Assembly: GCA_023205875.1 (NCBI GenBank)
Contig: CP060759.1
Location: forward strand, 992,001 to 1,056,000
DNA length: 64,000 nucleotides
Direction: 5' to 3'
DNA from: Chloropicon primus
Taxonomy: Eukaryota
The translations under genes and the position numbers were made by a program. The notes under the pieces are model-generated. The model saw only the letters and a list, made by a program, of their open reading frames with translations, searched no databases and was not told the DNA's origin. Positions 47,989-60,742 of the stretch are shown here, piece by piece. Position 1 is the stretch's first letter. The number at the start of each line of letters is the position of its first letter.

Positions 47989-50436
47989 ATGGGTTGCCTC
48001 GCTAGCAAGGGCGCGGGACCAGCGGCCTACCAAGTAGGCAAGCTATCGAAGGGGGCGGAGGCGGAGGACCACGTCGAGGAGACGGAGGCCTCGATTACGG
48101 ATGGCGGCGATGGCTCGAACGACAAGGCGCTCTTCGTGCCGCTCTTCGACGAGGAGTTCCGGTTCAGCAGGACCGTGCAGGGGAAGAAGCTGGTGAGCAA
48201 GGTGACGCAGTCCAAGGCCGCCCCGCTGGAGCACGTCCTGGCCCAGCACCAGGACGAAGAGGGCGTTTCCATGAGCCCGGACGAGGACTACTCGCAGGGC
48301 AAGGAGTTCCTGGTGGAGACTCTGAGGAAAAAGTACTTTTTTGCCCACCTGAGGGACGCCGTGTTCCAGGAGCTGGTCGTGGTCGCAGAGAGGCACCACT
48401 GCTCCGCCCAAGACTCACTGTATAGGGAAGGTGAGGGGATAGACTGCGTGCACCTGATCGAGGCAGGCTCTTTCTTGTGCCTGATGTCGGACAACGACCG
48501 GTCGTTCAGCGCCAAGAAGGGCGACATCATAGCCAGCATGGAGGAGATCCGACTCCGCAAGAGGAACGGGGGAATGTCAGCCGTCTCGGCGGGGACGTAC
48601 TGGACGATAGACATCGGAACCTTCAAGAAGGCTTGTAGAAGCTTCATGGAGTCTCTGGACTACAGGTTTCTCACGCAGGTGGATTATTTCCTCTACCTGG
48701 GCGAGGACCACCTCCTGGAGTCCGCGTTTCACATGCAGGTCATCCACATTCCGAGGGGGCAGGCGCTGAGCCACTACGTGGACACAGGAAAGCATCTTTA
48801 CATTCTGAGGAAAGGAAGCATGTCGGACAACTCCACGGACAGGGTAATCTCGAGCCACCAGGTCTTCGGGGAGGCTGACATCTTCTGCGAGGAGTCCACC
48901 TCAGTGTCCAACTTCTCCTGCCTGGAGAAGTCCCTGGTTTTGCAGCTTCCGCAGTCCAAGTACGAGGACTACCTGGACCACGGCCTCATGGGCATCTTCG
49001 AGGACAAGATTAAGATCCAGATCGTGCAGGAGGTTGCGAGGATCAAGAAGGTCCACGGCAAACGGATGGACGACATCTTTCAGCTGTTCGAGGAGAAGGT
49101 CTACACGTCGGGAACGGCTTTGGCCATGCCCGGAGAGGCCATGGACAGCACAGTGATATTGAAGAAGGGAAAGCTTGTGCAGGTCGAGGAGAGGGGCGGA
49201 AAGATGACCAGCTGCGGCACTCTGAACCCTTACACGGTCTTTGGTTTGACTGCAATGATTAGGAACAAGAGGCCCAACACGGGGATCTGCGTCAAGAGCG
49301 AGTCTGCGACCTGCATCGTTCTGTCGAAGGCTGCCCTGAAGAAGGTCATTCAGGTCGAGGGCCCCCGGAGGAACTCCAGCTTCATCAAGGCGACGGTTCC
49401 GGCCATGACGAAGTCTTCGGTGGCGAAGAAGCCAAAGCAAAAGAAGAAGAAGAAGGGAGGCTATTCTCTTGGCGACTTTAGGCCCATGCGAATGCTTGGG
49501 CAAGGGCAGTTCGGGGTTGTTTTGCAGATGCAACACATCAAGTCAAACAAAATTTTTGCCTTGAAGGTGCAGTACAGAAGAGAGATAGAGGAGTTGGGCC
49601 AGGTCGAGAGAGTCAAGCAGGAGAGGCTGGCTCTGGGGCGGCTGGACCACCCGAACATCTGCAAATTTGTGGACAGCTTCAAGGACGAGAAGGCGGTGTA
49701 CCTCCTGATGGAGGCCGCGAGGGGTGGGGAGCTGTTTTATCACTTAGAGGCGTCCTCCACCAAGAGGTTCGACGAGCACACCGCGTGCTTCATCGCCGCG
49801 TCTGTATTGGGCGCCTTGCAGCACATCCACTCGTGTGGCCTGATATACAGGGACCTGAAGCCGGAGAACATTCTTCTGGACAGCAAGGGTTATCCAAAGC
49901 TGGTCGACTTTGGGTGCGCGAAAATCGCGGAGGAGTCCAACATGACGATGTGCGGGACTCCAGAGTACGTACCGCCCGAGCTCATAAAGGGCCTGGGCTA
50001 CGACTTCAAGTCGGACTACTGGCAGTTTGGCATTCTGCTTTACGAGATGATCTGTGGCTTCACCCCGTTTGAGCCCGGGTTTTGCGCGGACCATGCCACC
50101 AAGGCACGGTTAATTTACGAGAGAATTCTGATGGGGAACGTCGAGTTTCCGAGGCACGTGAGCCCGGACGCGAGGGATCTCATCAAGAAGCTCCTCCTCC
50201 TGCACCCGGACCAGCGGATGGACGGGCTCTTGGACGAGACGGCAAGAGTGATTGAGAACCACTCTTGGTTCCTGTATCACAAGATGACGACGTCAGGGAT
50301 CGCAAAGAGGAAGATCTCTCCTTGCTTGACTCCGGCTTCTGAGAACAGTTTCCAGCCCAACATGGGTGGCATGAACTTCACCAGAATACCTCAGCCAGCC
50401 ACAACGTCCACGAACGTGCTCGATGACGTATACTAG
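47989..50436 (+). CDS. cGMP/cNMP-dependent protein kinase-like AGC kinase
   Basis: MGCLASK acylation motif, three cNMP-binding-like domains, then kinase motifs LGQGQFG, FALK, YRDLKPEN, DFG and CGTPEY. Confidence 0.88.
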   Translation: MGCLASKGAGPAAYQVGKLSKGAEAEDHVEETEASITDGGDGSNDKALFVPLFDEEFRFSRTVQGKKLVSKVTQSKAAPLEHVLAQHQDEEGVSMSPDEDYSQGKEFLVETLRKKYFFAHLRDAVFQELVVVAERHHCSAQDSLYREGEGIDCVHLIEAGSFLCLMSDNDRSFSAKKGDIIASMEEIRLRKRNGGMSAVSAGTYWTIDIGTFKKACRSFMESLDYRFLTQVDYFLYLGEDHLLESAFHMQVIHIPRGQALSHYVDTGKHLYILRKGSMSDNSTDRVISSHQVFGEADIFCEESTSVSNFSCLEKSLVLQLPQSKYEDYLDHGLMGIFEDKIKIQIVQEVARIKKVHGKRMDDIFQLFEEKVYTSGTALAMPGEAMDSTVILKKGKLVQVEERGGKMTSCGTLNPYTVFGLTAMIRNKRPNTGICVKSESATCIVLSKAALKKVIQVEGPRRNSSFIKATVPAMTKSSVAKKPKQKKKKKGGYSLGDFRPMRMLGQGQFGVVLQMQHIKSNKIFALKVQYRREIEELGQVERVKQERLALGRLDHPNICKFVDSFKDEKAVYLLMEAARGGELFYHLEASSTKRFDEHTACFIAASVLGALQHIHSCGLIYRDLKPENILLDSKGYPKLVDFGCAKIAEESNMTMCGTPEYVPPELIKGLGYDFKSDYWQFGILLYEMICGFTPFEPGFCADHATKARLIYERILMGNVEFPRHVSPDARDLIKKLLLLHPDQRMDGLLDETARVIENHSWFLYHKMTTSGIAKRKISPCLTPASENSFQPNMGGMNFTRIPQPATTSTNVLDDVY

Positions 50437-50683
50437 CTCGCGTAGAGGAATGTGCTTGTATATTAAACGAGGGAATTTCATTGTAGCATTGTATGCACAC
50501 CGTTTGATGACCTTCAAGCTTTATTATTATAAAAAACCTTTGATCAGGGAAGCGTCGTTTCGTCTCCTACTCGGGCTTTCACTCTGATTCATATCTTGGG
50601 CGTACAACTGCAGCCATGCCCCCTCTCGCACACTCTTCCTCCTCTCGCCAGTCGCTCGGCGGGTTCGCGTCCCGTTTTCCCCC

Positions 50684-51643
50684 TCAAGTGGTCTTGGCCT
50701 TCTTGTCGTGGCGCTTGAAGTCCGGCATCATGTGAGCAATGTTGGAGAGTAAGGTGGACAAGAAGTTGTAGTCCATGATCTTCATCATCATCCTGAAGAA
50801 TATTGCGGTCGTGCCAATGTCCACCCAAACAGTCCTGCCGATGGCCTTGAGGATCTGCTCTGGCAGGGTATCGGGGTCGCACGCGAAGTTCTTGAAGAAA
50901 TCGAGCATGTCCATCTTGTGCGCCTTGTCATAAAACCTCGTGGCCACCGGAGATGGGTGGACGACGCAGACGTCCACGCCCTTGCTCTTAACCTCCGCGG
51001 CCAAGCCGGCAGCGAAGGCCGAGATGAAGCTCTTGGTCGCAGAGTACAGCGCAGTGAAGGGGGAGGGCATGCAAGCCGCGGCAGACGACGTGTAAACAAC
51101 GCATCCTCTCTTGTCCTCGCTCACCATCCTCTTGACGAAGTGGTGGGTCACGGACACGGAACTTATGGCATTGCACTCGATGTTGGCGAGCTGCCTGTCC
51201 AGCGTGCTGTCGATGAAGAAGCCCGTGAGCATGTAACCCGCGTTCGCGAAGACGACCTGGACGCTTATGTCCTTGGTCGCCTCCTCAATCTCTGCGAGAT
51301 AGCCCGTCTTCCCCAAGTTGACCCCGATCTCTCTGAACTCGACTCGCTTGAAACGCTTCTTCAGTTCCTTGTACGTTCCGCTGAGGACCTCGTCCGGCAG
51401 AGCCACGAGGCAGACGTTGAGCCCCTGCTTGGCGCACTCCACGGCAAGCGACTTGCCGATCCCACTCGAGGCCCCAGTTACGAGAGCCCACTCGGCCTTG
51501 TACCTCTTCTTCAAGTCCACGGGTGGCAGCGCGTTCACGATGGCTTGAATGAGGACGTAGCCCGCGAAGGATATGGCAGAAAAGGCCGCAAGGACGACCG
51601 CCACCTTCCAAACCAGGTACGAAACTATCGCGTTCAACACCAT
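50684..51643 (-). CDS. Short-chain dehydrogenase/reductase (VLC 3-oxoacyl-CoA reductase/17betaHSD12-like)
   Basis: N-terminal TM helix, WALVTGASSGIG, NAG and YSATK (YxxxK). Confidence 0.9.
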   Translation of the reverse strand: MVLNAIVSYLVWKVAVVLAAFSAISFAGYVLIQAIVNALPPVDLKKRYKAEWALVTGASSGIGKSLAVECAKQGLNVCLVALPDEVLSGTYKELKKRFKRVEFREIGVNLGKTGYLAEIEEATKDISVQVVFANAGYMLTGFFIDSTLDRQLANIECNAISSVSVTHHFVKRMVSEDKRGCVVYTSSAAACMPSPFTALYSATKSFISAFAAGLAAEVKSKGVDVCVVHPSPVATRFYDKAHKMDMLDFFKNFACDPDTLPEQILKAIGRTVWVDIGTTAIFFRMMMKIMDYNFLSTLLSNIAHMMPDFKRHDKKAKTT

Positions 51644-52050
51644 GGTCACTTCAATCACACCGCTGATCCCTTGTTCCCCCTTGATGATCACCACCACCAC
51701 CACCACCACCAACACACAAACACAAGAGAGAGAGAGGATCTCAGTTTCAGTTTCAGTCGCTGGTCCCGACGCCGGACGCCGTGCGTCCTCTCCAAGCGGC
51801 GCGGCGGGTGGAAACGAGAGACCCCGGCGTGACGGCGTCCCCGGATCTCCCCCACCCCCCAAGCATGGTGTCCCTCGCTCCTCCTCCTTGCCTACCTGCT
51901 CTGCTCGGTGGTCTGTTCGGTTGCGCGCCAAGAGGAGGAGCACGATTGAGATCAGAGTTGGCCTCGGCGGCGTTTGGGGGACGAGGGAGGGGAACGATAG
52001 AGGTCGAACGGCGACGAGAGAGTGGTGACGAGGGTGGGGGTTGGGACGGA

Positions 52051-53317
52051 ATGAGTTCGGTGACTGCGATGAGGACGAGCGTCCTCGCGGCGCGAACCGT
52101 TCTGTCTTGCTCGCAAGCGGTCTCCCTCGCGGGGACCGAGGTGACCCTCCTTCAACAGAACACCACTTCACCACCCACGAAAAGTTTGCTCGGGTACTGC
52201 AGCGAGTTGGTGGCCAAGGGCGGCCAAGGGCTCGTTCCAGGGCATCGACTTCGGTACGCCACGGCGTCCGGTCGGGGGCAGCAGAGCACGAACGAGGTTC
52301 TCATGGTCGCACCGACGGCATTCGAGTACAACTCGTCCGCAGCGGTGGACAACCACTTCATGACGGCCGTGGGCGAGGACGAAAAGAGCCTCGTGAGGGA
52401 GGCCGTGGTGAGGGAGCACGGTGAGTAAGACGAGCGACCGCCCCTTGGGGCAGAGATAGCGTTTCCTTTTCTGCGGCTGACAAGCCTTAATTGTTCGTTC
52501 ACTGTTTTTCCTTTTCCCACAAACAGAGGGCTTGCGCAACATGCTGAAGGATCAGCTCGGTCTCAAGGTCCACCTGTTCGACCACAGCGAGGCTCACGGC
52601 ACGCCCGACGCCGTGTTCCCCAACAACTGGTTCAGTACCCACGGCGGGGGGGAGGTCGACAAGTCGACTCTGGTGACTTATCCCATGAAGAGTGAGAGTC
52701 GAAGGAGGGAGAGGAGGGAGGACATCCTGAGCTACCTGAGGGGGTTGGGGGGCTACGAGAAGGAGCTGGTCATGGAAGAGTCTGAGGGCAAGGGCATCTT
52801 CCTCGAGGGGACCGGGGCTCTCGTGCTGGACAGGGCAAACAAGGTCGCTTACGCTGTCATCTCCGAGAGGTGCGACCGAGACCTGGCGGAGGCCTGGGTC
52901 AAGGAGGTTGGCTACGACAGGCTCGTCGCCTTCCACTCCTACGACGGGGAGGGCCAGCCCGTGTACCACACCAACGTGGTCATGGCGATCGGCACGAGCG
53001 TCGCGGTCGTGTGCACCGACTCTGTCACCGACGCGGGGGAGAGAGCTTTCTTGCTCGACAATTTGAGGGCGCACCGGGCCGTGGTTGAGATCTCCCACGA
53101 CCAGATGTCGCGGTTCTGCGGCAACGTCCTCGAGGTCATGAACGCCAAAGGCCTTCCTTGCTTCGTCATGTCGACCCAGGCCTACGACGCCTTCACGGAC
53201 GACCAGAAGGCGGTCCTCCGCGCCAACCTGGAGGGGGGCGTCCACCACGTCCCGCTCGACACCATAGAAAAGATCGGGGGCGGGGGCGTCCGATGCACCA
53301 TCGCTGAGATCTTCTAA
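52051..53317 (+). CDS. Amidinotransferase/pentein family protein, CtlX-like (intron 52421-52526)
   Basis: LMVAPTAF, DNHF, PDAVFPNNWFSTH, YPM...RRRER, LEGTG, YHTNV and GGGGVRCTIAEIF. Confidence 0.87.
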
Positions 53318-53591
53318 AGCCACCATCACTTGTTGGCAAGTGATTGTGAACAACAATTGTAGCCAGGCCAGTTTCCGTTTTTTTCGTTCCCCTCTCCTCC
53401 CCAGATTTTTTCAAAATATAAAACGGACTGGACTGACAGAAGCCCAAGGCGAGCGAGCGTTTCTCGCGACAAACGAAACGCTTCCCCCCCCTCGCGCCAC
53501 CGTCGGGCGCGAGGGGGGGGTCGAGATACACGAGATCCTTCGCCCCTTCGCCCTTCGCCCTTCGCCCTTCGCCTTTGATCGAGTACAGACG

Positions 53592-56500
53592 ATGCGCACC
53601 TCGAAGCGTGGCATCCTCCTCCTGTGTGCAGCCTTGGTCCTCCTCCTCGTGGCTTGCGTGCGAGGGAGTAATGGCGAGGCACGCGACTGCGAGGAGAACC
53701 TGGAGAGGGTGAAGCCGCCGTGCGTGGAGGCGTTTCTTGCCGGCGAGGGGGCCAGCTCTGCGTGCTGCGACCTCCTGACGAGTCAGGCGAGTCGGGAGTG
53801 CATAGCGAGCGGGGCGTACGACGACCTGCTTTCCTCGAGCGTTGGGCAAGTCTTTCTCGACCTGCTCGAGGACTGCCCGGAGCCCGAGCCCGAGCCCGAG
53901 CCCGTTGCCGAGGCAGTGGAGGAGGCCGAGGCGAGGCGAGGCGAACCGCCCTGGAGCCTCGGGGTGTGCCTGGATGAAGGGAGGCTGGAGGTGGTTTGGG
54001 ACTGGGAGAGCTTGGTGGATTATGCTTGCCGAGGCGGAGCGGCGTGCACCAGCGACGGGTCCACCGCACCGCCGTCTGTGGTCTTGGAGAGGCGTGTGGA
54101 CCGAGGGAGCGGGGGCGAGGCCGAGATCGTCTCGCAGTGGCAGCGCCTTGACAACACCACGGGCGGAAGTGGCGTCACAAAATTTGTGCACCAAGGGGCT
54201 CCGTGCACGACGACGGGAGACTTGTCGTACAAGCTGTCGATCGTGCGAGGGGAGGGCGTGGTCCTGGCGAGCACCCCGTTCAGAAAGGTACTCCGGGCCT
54301 CCGAGCACACCTTTGTTTCTGGGTTTCACGGCCAGAACAGCCAGGGAAGGTGCGGGTCGTGGAGCCTGCCTTGCAGGAACCTCGGAGATGCCATCGCTGC
54401 CGCATTGGGATCTGAGAGCGAGGCCAGCGTCGTCGTCCTTCCCGGAGAGTACGCGGTCGATCCGAACAGCGGCTTTCGCATCGAGAACGCCACTCTCTCG
54501 GTCACCGGGGTGGGAGGGCCCACGGAAACCACTTTGACGTGCGCGGGGGGGAGCGGGTTTTCGTTCACGGGGGGCGCAGTTGCTCTGCTGAAAGGGCTGA
54601 CAATACGGAATTGCGTGTCTGGGGCCGGGGCAGCGATCATGGCCACGGGAAGCAAGCTCGCAATGGAGGACGTCGCTCTGACCAACAATTCAGCGGCGGG
54701 GGACGGGGCGGTCGGCGGGGCGGTGGCCATTTACGGTGGCTCCGACGTCATCATCGAGAAGTCGCACATCTTTGAGAACGAGGCCACAAAGTACGGGGCG
54801 GGGGTCTACATAAGCAGCTCCCGGGTTTCCTTGGACGGGTGCACGATCCGTTCCAACGCGCTAGTCGCCGCTGGGAGGGGAGCTGGAATCGCAGCCTTCG
54901 CGGACTCTGTCGTGAACATCAGCCACTCCTTGATCAGTCGAAACGAGGGGTACTTTGCCGGGGCTGTCATGGTGGAGAAGTCCAACCTGACGTTGTGGAA
55001 CACGAAAGTCACGAACAATACCGCCAACTACGGGGGAGGCCTGGTCTTCGTCTCAGCTCTGTCCACCATCGAGGGCTCTGAGGTGGAGGGGAACCACGCC
55101 GCTCAGTACGGAGGCGCGTTTCTCGCCGAGTCCGCCCAGTCTGTAACAGTTCGCAACAGCACTCTGAAGCGAAATGACGCGAGGGAAGGGGGCTGCTTTT
55201 ACTCCTCAAATTCCTCCATCGCGATGACAGATGCCGTGCTCGAGGGGAACGAGGCGAGAGCGAGTGGTGGAGTAGGGGCCTACGTTGATTGCGGGTCAGA
55301 GCCCAAAGAAGCCTGCCATTCCTATCTGGCCATCTCTGACTCGTTCCTGAGGAACAACACTGCCGTCCTGGGAGGGGGGTTCTCCTTCAAGTCGGCGCAT
55401 GCCTCTTTCGCGTCCGTGGAGGTCAGCGGGAACACCGCCGAGGAAGGCGGCGGCTTCATCTGCTCATCCTCCTTGATCGAATTGGGGGAATCCCGCGTCA
55501 GCGAGAATCGGGCCACGCGGTCGGGGGGTGCAGCAACGATCGGTCGCAAGTGCACGACCGCCGTTTCTCAGTCCGATCTGGATTCGAATGCCGCCCCAAG
55601 AGGGGGTGGCTTCCACGCCAGCGCGGAGGGACCGGCCGAAGGCTTGCTGACGGTCACGCTCCACGAGTCGAGCATGAGAGGCAACAGCGCTGAGTTTGGG
55701 GGAGCGCTTTTTGGATTCGGTGACGCGGCCTTGTTTGAGCTGGAGAATTCCATCCTGGTCGGTAACCGCGCATCGGATGGGGGAGGAATCCTGCTGAGAA
55801 ACAATGCGAGCCTGCGCATGCGAAATTCCACTCTCAGGGAGAACACGGCAGTGGATGCGGGGGGCTCTGCCTCCCTCTTTGGGGCACCGTGCTCAATCAT
55901 CGATTCGAGGTTCGAGAGCAACACGGCGCGCAGGGGCGGTGCGATCAGCGTGTTCTCCGACTTGGAGGCATACCCAGCGGAGTTCAAGGCCCTCGCTTTC
56001 CAGGACAACGCCGCTCTGGACGGGTCTTCGATCTACTGGTCTAGCAAAGATTCTCCCCGGAGACAGCTTGCGTGCGTGGATTGCATCCACTGGGAATCTG
56101 CGTCGTCGGTCATCTCCACGGAGGCTGTGAAGCTGGGGTTCCTGGCACCATTCAACCCCTTGGTGTACTCCACCGAGGAGGTCCCCACGTTCCAAATCGG
56201 TTTGATCGATTTTTATGATCAGGTGGCCTTGACGTCCCCGAAGCACCTGTGCCAGCTCACCTCGAACGCCAGCCCCGCTCGATTCTCTGACGAGCTGTTG
56301 ATCTCGAGCGAAGGCCAGCAGGAATCTCACAACGGGACCGCGACGTATTCGAGGGTGCGGATGGAGGGCAAGATCGGAATGGATTATCAAGTCCAAGCGA
56401 AGTGCTTTTCTAGCCTCTCCACGGGTAAGCTCGCCATGAGTTTCAACATCACCATATCGGGGTGCAGGCCGGGGCAAGAGCCGGACCAGGACTTGAGGAA

Positions 56501-58050
56501 CTGCATTGATTGCAAGTACGGCTACTACAACTTTGATGGGATCTCGTGCAAGGTCTGTCCGCAGGGGGGCTTGTGCCCCGGGAGAGAGAGGCTGTACACT
56601 CAGGGCGGGTGGTGGAGGCCGAAAAACACTTCAGAGGAGCTTTATCGTTGTCCAAGCGCGGGAAGTTGCGAGTCTGGGGGGGCCAGCGGAGACGGCTTGT
56701 GCAAGCCGGGGAGCCGGGGCCCGGTCTGCGCGCTTTGCACGAAGGTAAGTAGACGAGGAGGAGGAGGAGGAGGAGGTGTTCCGTAATCGGTAACGGACGA
56801 GAATGCGTTACTGAAACTTGTCCCGTGTTTTGCTCTGACGGCAGTCTTTCGAGAAGTGGGGGAACACGTGCAAAAAATGTAGCAGAGCAATCGCCTACGT
56901 CCTGCCACTCGCCGCTGGCGTTACGCTGTCGTTTCTCGTGATCGTGGTCCTGAGCAACTCTGGGCTTCAGGTCGACCCGAGCCAAGACGACTTCATGGTT
57001 CGCACGAATCTCCTGATATCCTACTGCCAGGTCGTCGGCAGGCTCAATTACTACGGAATGGAGTGGACCCCGGCGATCTCCCTGGCTCTTGGCGTGTTCG
57101 ACTACTGGAACATCGGTGACAAGGTGACGAGAAAAGTTTCGTCCCCGCCCTGCAACCTCATCTCCTCGAAGGAGACGTCCTTCTACGAGACCTACCTGTA
57201 CACGATGTCGGTGCCGGTGACGATTGTGCTCGGCTACATGCTTTTGTACAGCCTCAAAAGGTTTTTCTTCCGGGGGAAAAGGGGGCCCTGGAGCGAGACA
57301 GAAGTGGTGGAGGCGAAAGTCTACTGCTGCAGGAACATCCTGTGGCTTCTGACCCTGGTTTACATTCAAGTGGCTAGCATGTCCTTTGAGATTTTTCGGA
57401 CTCATTTGATCGAGGACAAGCAGTACCTGGTGAGCGACTACAACATCGTGGTGAAGGAGGGCGAGGAGGGGTACAAGCCAAAGCACAAGTCCATACTCGC
57501 GGTGGGCACGATGTTTCTTTTGCTCTACGCCGTTGGGATTCCACTCTTCTCGTACGCCCTGCTGAAGTATTGCAGGAGGGACCCTGTGTATCAGGGCGCG
57601 GTGTCGTTTCTGGAGTGCGGGTACAGGAAGGCCTACCATTACTGGGAGGTGCTGCAGATGATGAGGGACCTCTTCATCTCGCTGGTTCCCACCATATTCC
57701 CTCAGAACACGACTTTGCAGAACGCCACCTTGCAGACGGTCCTCATGACCTTTCTCGTGGCCTTGCTGCTGTGCCAACCTTACCAGAAGAGGTCGAACCT
57801 CATCTTGCAGTGCCTTCACCTCTGCACGATCTGGGTTCTCATCAGCGGCGGCGTCGTGATCCAGAGTGGAACCCTCTCGGTGGACGCGCAGGCATCCATC
57901 TCGTCCATTCTGGTGTTCACCATTAATTTCACCCTCATCGTCATTGTCGGAGCGTGCTGCGGTGGGGCCCTCAACTCCAGGTCAAAAGCGGGCGAGGGGG
58001 CGTGGAAGCGCTGGAGGACGTGGAGAAGGAACGAGGTGTGCCCAGCCTGA
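53592..58050 (+). CDS. Large receptor-like membrane protein: signal peptide, beta-helix (GGA-type) repeats, Cys-rich region, multi-TM domain (intron 56745-56844)
   Basis: Repeated N.A..GGA motifs, C..C..G Cys repeats, GPVCALC and YRKAYHYWEVLQMMR. At least seven hydrophobic helices. A phase-0 intron joins ORFs 53340.. and 56938.. Confidence 0.85.
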
Positions 58051-58092
58051 GCCAAGCCAGCACACGTACATCATTCGAGAGGGAAAAATGGA

Positions 58093-59785
58093 TTACAACA
58101 AACTGGAGTGATCAATCCAGCACCCTGAGAGGGAAAGGGGGGAGTAATTATTTTGTGTGTGAATTATCAGTATTGCATTGATCGCAAGGCATGGAGGAAA
58201 GGAAAGGAGAGAGAGGGCCAGGTTAGAGCCTCTGATGCGCTTTGCTAGTTCGCTTTCTTGACTTACCGTGTAAACCCGAGCAAACTTTTTCAGGCAACTC
58301 GATTGAAGAGAGGGGGCCTTTTTCAAGGTTTTGAGCATCAAAAATCAGAAAAAAACTTTTGTCGACGACAGGGTTCGTCGCCGTGCAGACGAGGAAACCG
58401 TCGTCCTCCGCGGAAGATCCCTCCGAAGGCACGAACGTGGGCTCGAAAAGGTACAAGCCCTCTTCCGCATCGAACCTCGAAACAACTTCTCCCTGGCGAC
58501 GACCCTCCTCGTCGTTGTCGTCAAGGAGAACTTTCGCGAACGTCTGATAAGTCACACCAACATCCGGATATGCCCACGTCTTCAAGTTCCCGAGAAGCGT
58601 GTCGACGACCATGTAAGCAAACTTGGCTTTCCTGCCCTGCCTCATCGGATTTATGCAAGGGAACTCGCTGCCCAGGTTGCCAAGCCGTTTCTCTTGGACC
58701 CCGTTCGTGTTCGGGTTGAGCCTCCACTCGTGCAGATACGAAGGAGAGTATTCATTGAAGACGTACCCTGATCGCTCTGGCTCCGATCGCAACGCGTGCA
58801 GAACGATTTCCCCCGTTCCCTCGTCGTTGTACGCATTTACAGTGTGGAAGACGTTGCCTCCCCGGGCGATGTCAAACCACTGGACTTCCGTTCCGCCCCC
58901 CCTCTTGATGAGCCCAAGCCTGGCTTGAGCATCCTTCTTGAACTGCACCGGAAACTCGTTCCTCGTGATCATGTCCGAGAAGGAGAACTCGAGGGGCAGA
59001 TCGAAAAGGATCGTGTGGTCGGAAGTTATCGCCATGTCGTGCGCCATGGATCCGCGCTTCATGTCTCGAATCCCCACCGAGTGCTTGATCTGACCGTCCG
59101 CAGAGACCTCCGTGTAGCGCATGTGTGGCTGGCTCGTCATGTCGTAGGAGAACAGGAGCATCTCCCCCGTCACGGGATCCTTCTTCGGGTGGGCAGTCAT
59201 GTTTCCCTCGAGCATCCCATCGAAATCGTAACCCGCCTCGGCCGTCTCAAACCGCTGGAGTTGGTCGTCCTTGACCACGAGCTCCATCCGCACCGGCTTC
59301 TGGGCCTCCATCAACGCTAGTATCTTGCCGGCGTGAGAAACCACTGCGGTGTTAGTCGTCTCCTTCGTCCCGTTCGTCCCCAAAGCGCCGTGGAAGATGA
59401 TGTTGTGAGCAATTCCCTTCAACATCTCGACGCCGTTGTTCACGAGAATGCCCTTGAAGAGCTTCTGTCCGGCCTCCTTCTCCTTCTTGTAGCCAGTGCT
59501 CTGAACCCAGCGGTTGCAGTACGAGACCTTCCCGCTCGGCAAGAACGAAACCAAGTGTATCATCCCGTCGCCGTCAAAAAAGTGATCGCTCCCCACGCCA
59601 TACTTGGTGTTCGGTCCATTCCTCAAGTACGAGCCGGCGGGAAACCCCACCGGAACCCTCGCCTCGGGCAAGGTCACCGGTCCTGTCTCCCCTCGGGTCG
59701 GGTCGAAGACGTACTCAATGTGCCTCTCGAGCTCCTCATTCCCCCGAACGTCCCTCGCCCTCGTCCTCCTCCCTCCTCCCACGGC

Positions 59786-59826
<41 letters not shown>

Positions 59827-60001
59827 ATGATGACCTTTCCGCACCCACGTTGACGTCGTCGTCCACCGTCCTGGCTCCTCTCCGCCACTCCCGTCGCCTC
59901 GCCAAGGAAGCAGGCAACCCTATCCCCTTGGCACCCCCTCCCCCCGAACGCGAAGGCGCCTGCCTCGCCCCTCCCCTCGCCTCTCGCCCGAGGGTCGCCA
60001 T
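58093..60001 (-). CDS. Second carotenoid oxygenase (CCD/RPE65 family), plastid-targeted (intron 58266-58125)
   Basis: YLRNGPN, HFFDGDGMIH, MTAHPKKD, MAHDMAIT, VFHTVNAY and EDDGFL. Splicing restores GLHGCW...*. Confidence 0.92.
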
Positions 60002-60742
60002 GATGCTCAGATCTTGTGGAGGAGATCGGATCTCAGCCTTTGCCTCTTCTCCCCAATGCCAATGCCTCGGGTGAAGACGAAGACTCTTCACTGAAGAGGG
60101 AGGGATGATGAAGGAAGGACGAGGGAAGGAAGTGCACCAGAGTCGCCCTTGCTTGCTCGCTTGCTTGCCTTGCCATTGTTGTGAACCTCCTCTGTTTTCC
60201 TCGATGGAGGATGGAGGATGGAGGGGAGGAGGGGGAGGATTGGGGTGATCCTCCGGGAGAGGACGGACGCGGGGACCTCGGCGGGATCGCAAACCAATTG
60301 TCCAAGACCTCCCCTCGCTTTCTTGTTTCCCCCTTGCCTCTGCCCCTTGCCATGATTGCACTCCTCCTCCTCCTCCTCCTCGTCTGTCTTGTCCGTTAGA
60401 GGATCAGGATCATCTCTTTTGATTTAAAATCCTAGAAAAAGCTTGTTTCCAAGGGAGGAACAGGAGGACAAGGACAAGGACACGGCTCCAACTCCAGGAC
60501 GAGGCAACTCTGGACGCGAGGAGCGCCCTGGGGAGGGACCAGGCCTGGAAAAGGGCGCAACAAGATCGCATCTTGGCAACACCTTGACGCGACGACAAGA
60601 AAGAAACTCAAGTACGCGAAAACGGTGAGGGGGAAACACACACACACTTGAGGATTGGGAAGAGTGGGGTTGGGGTTGGCCACGCTTTTGTGTCGTGTTG
60701 TTGCGGAACCGATCTGTAGGTATCAGGTCTGGCCAGAGTTCC

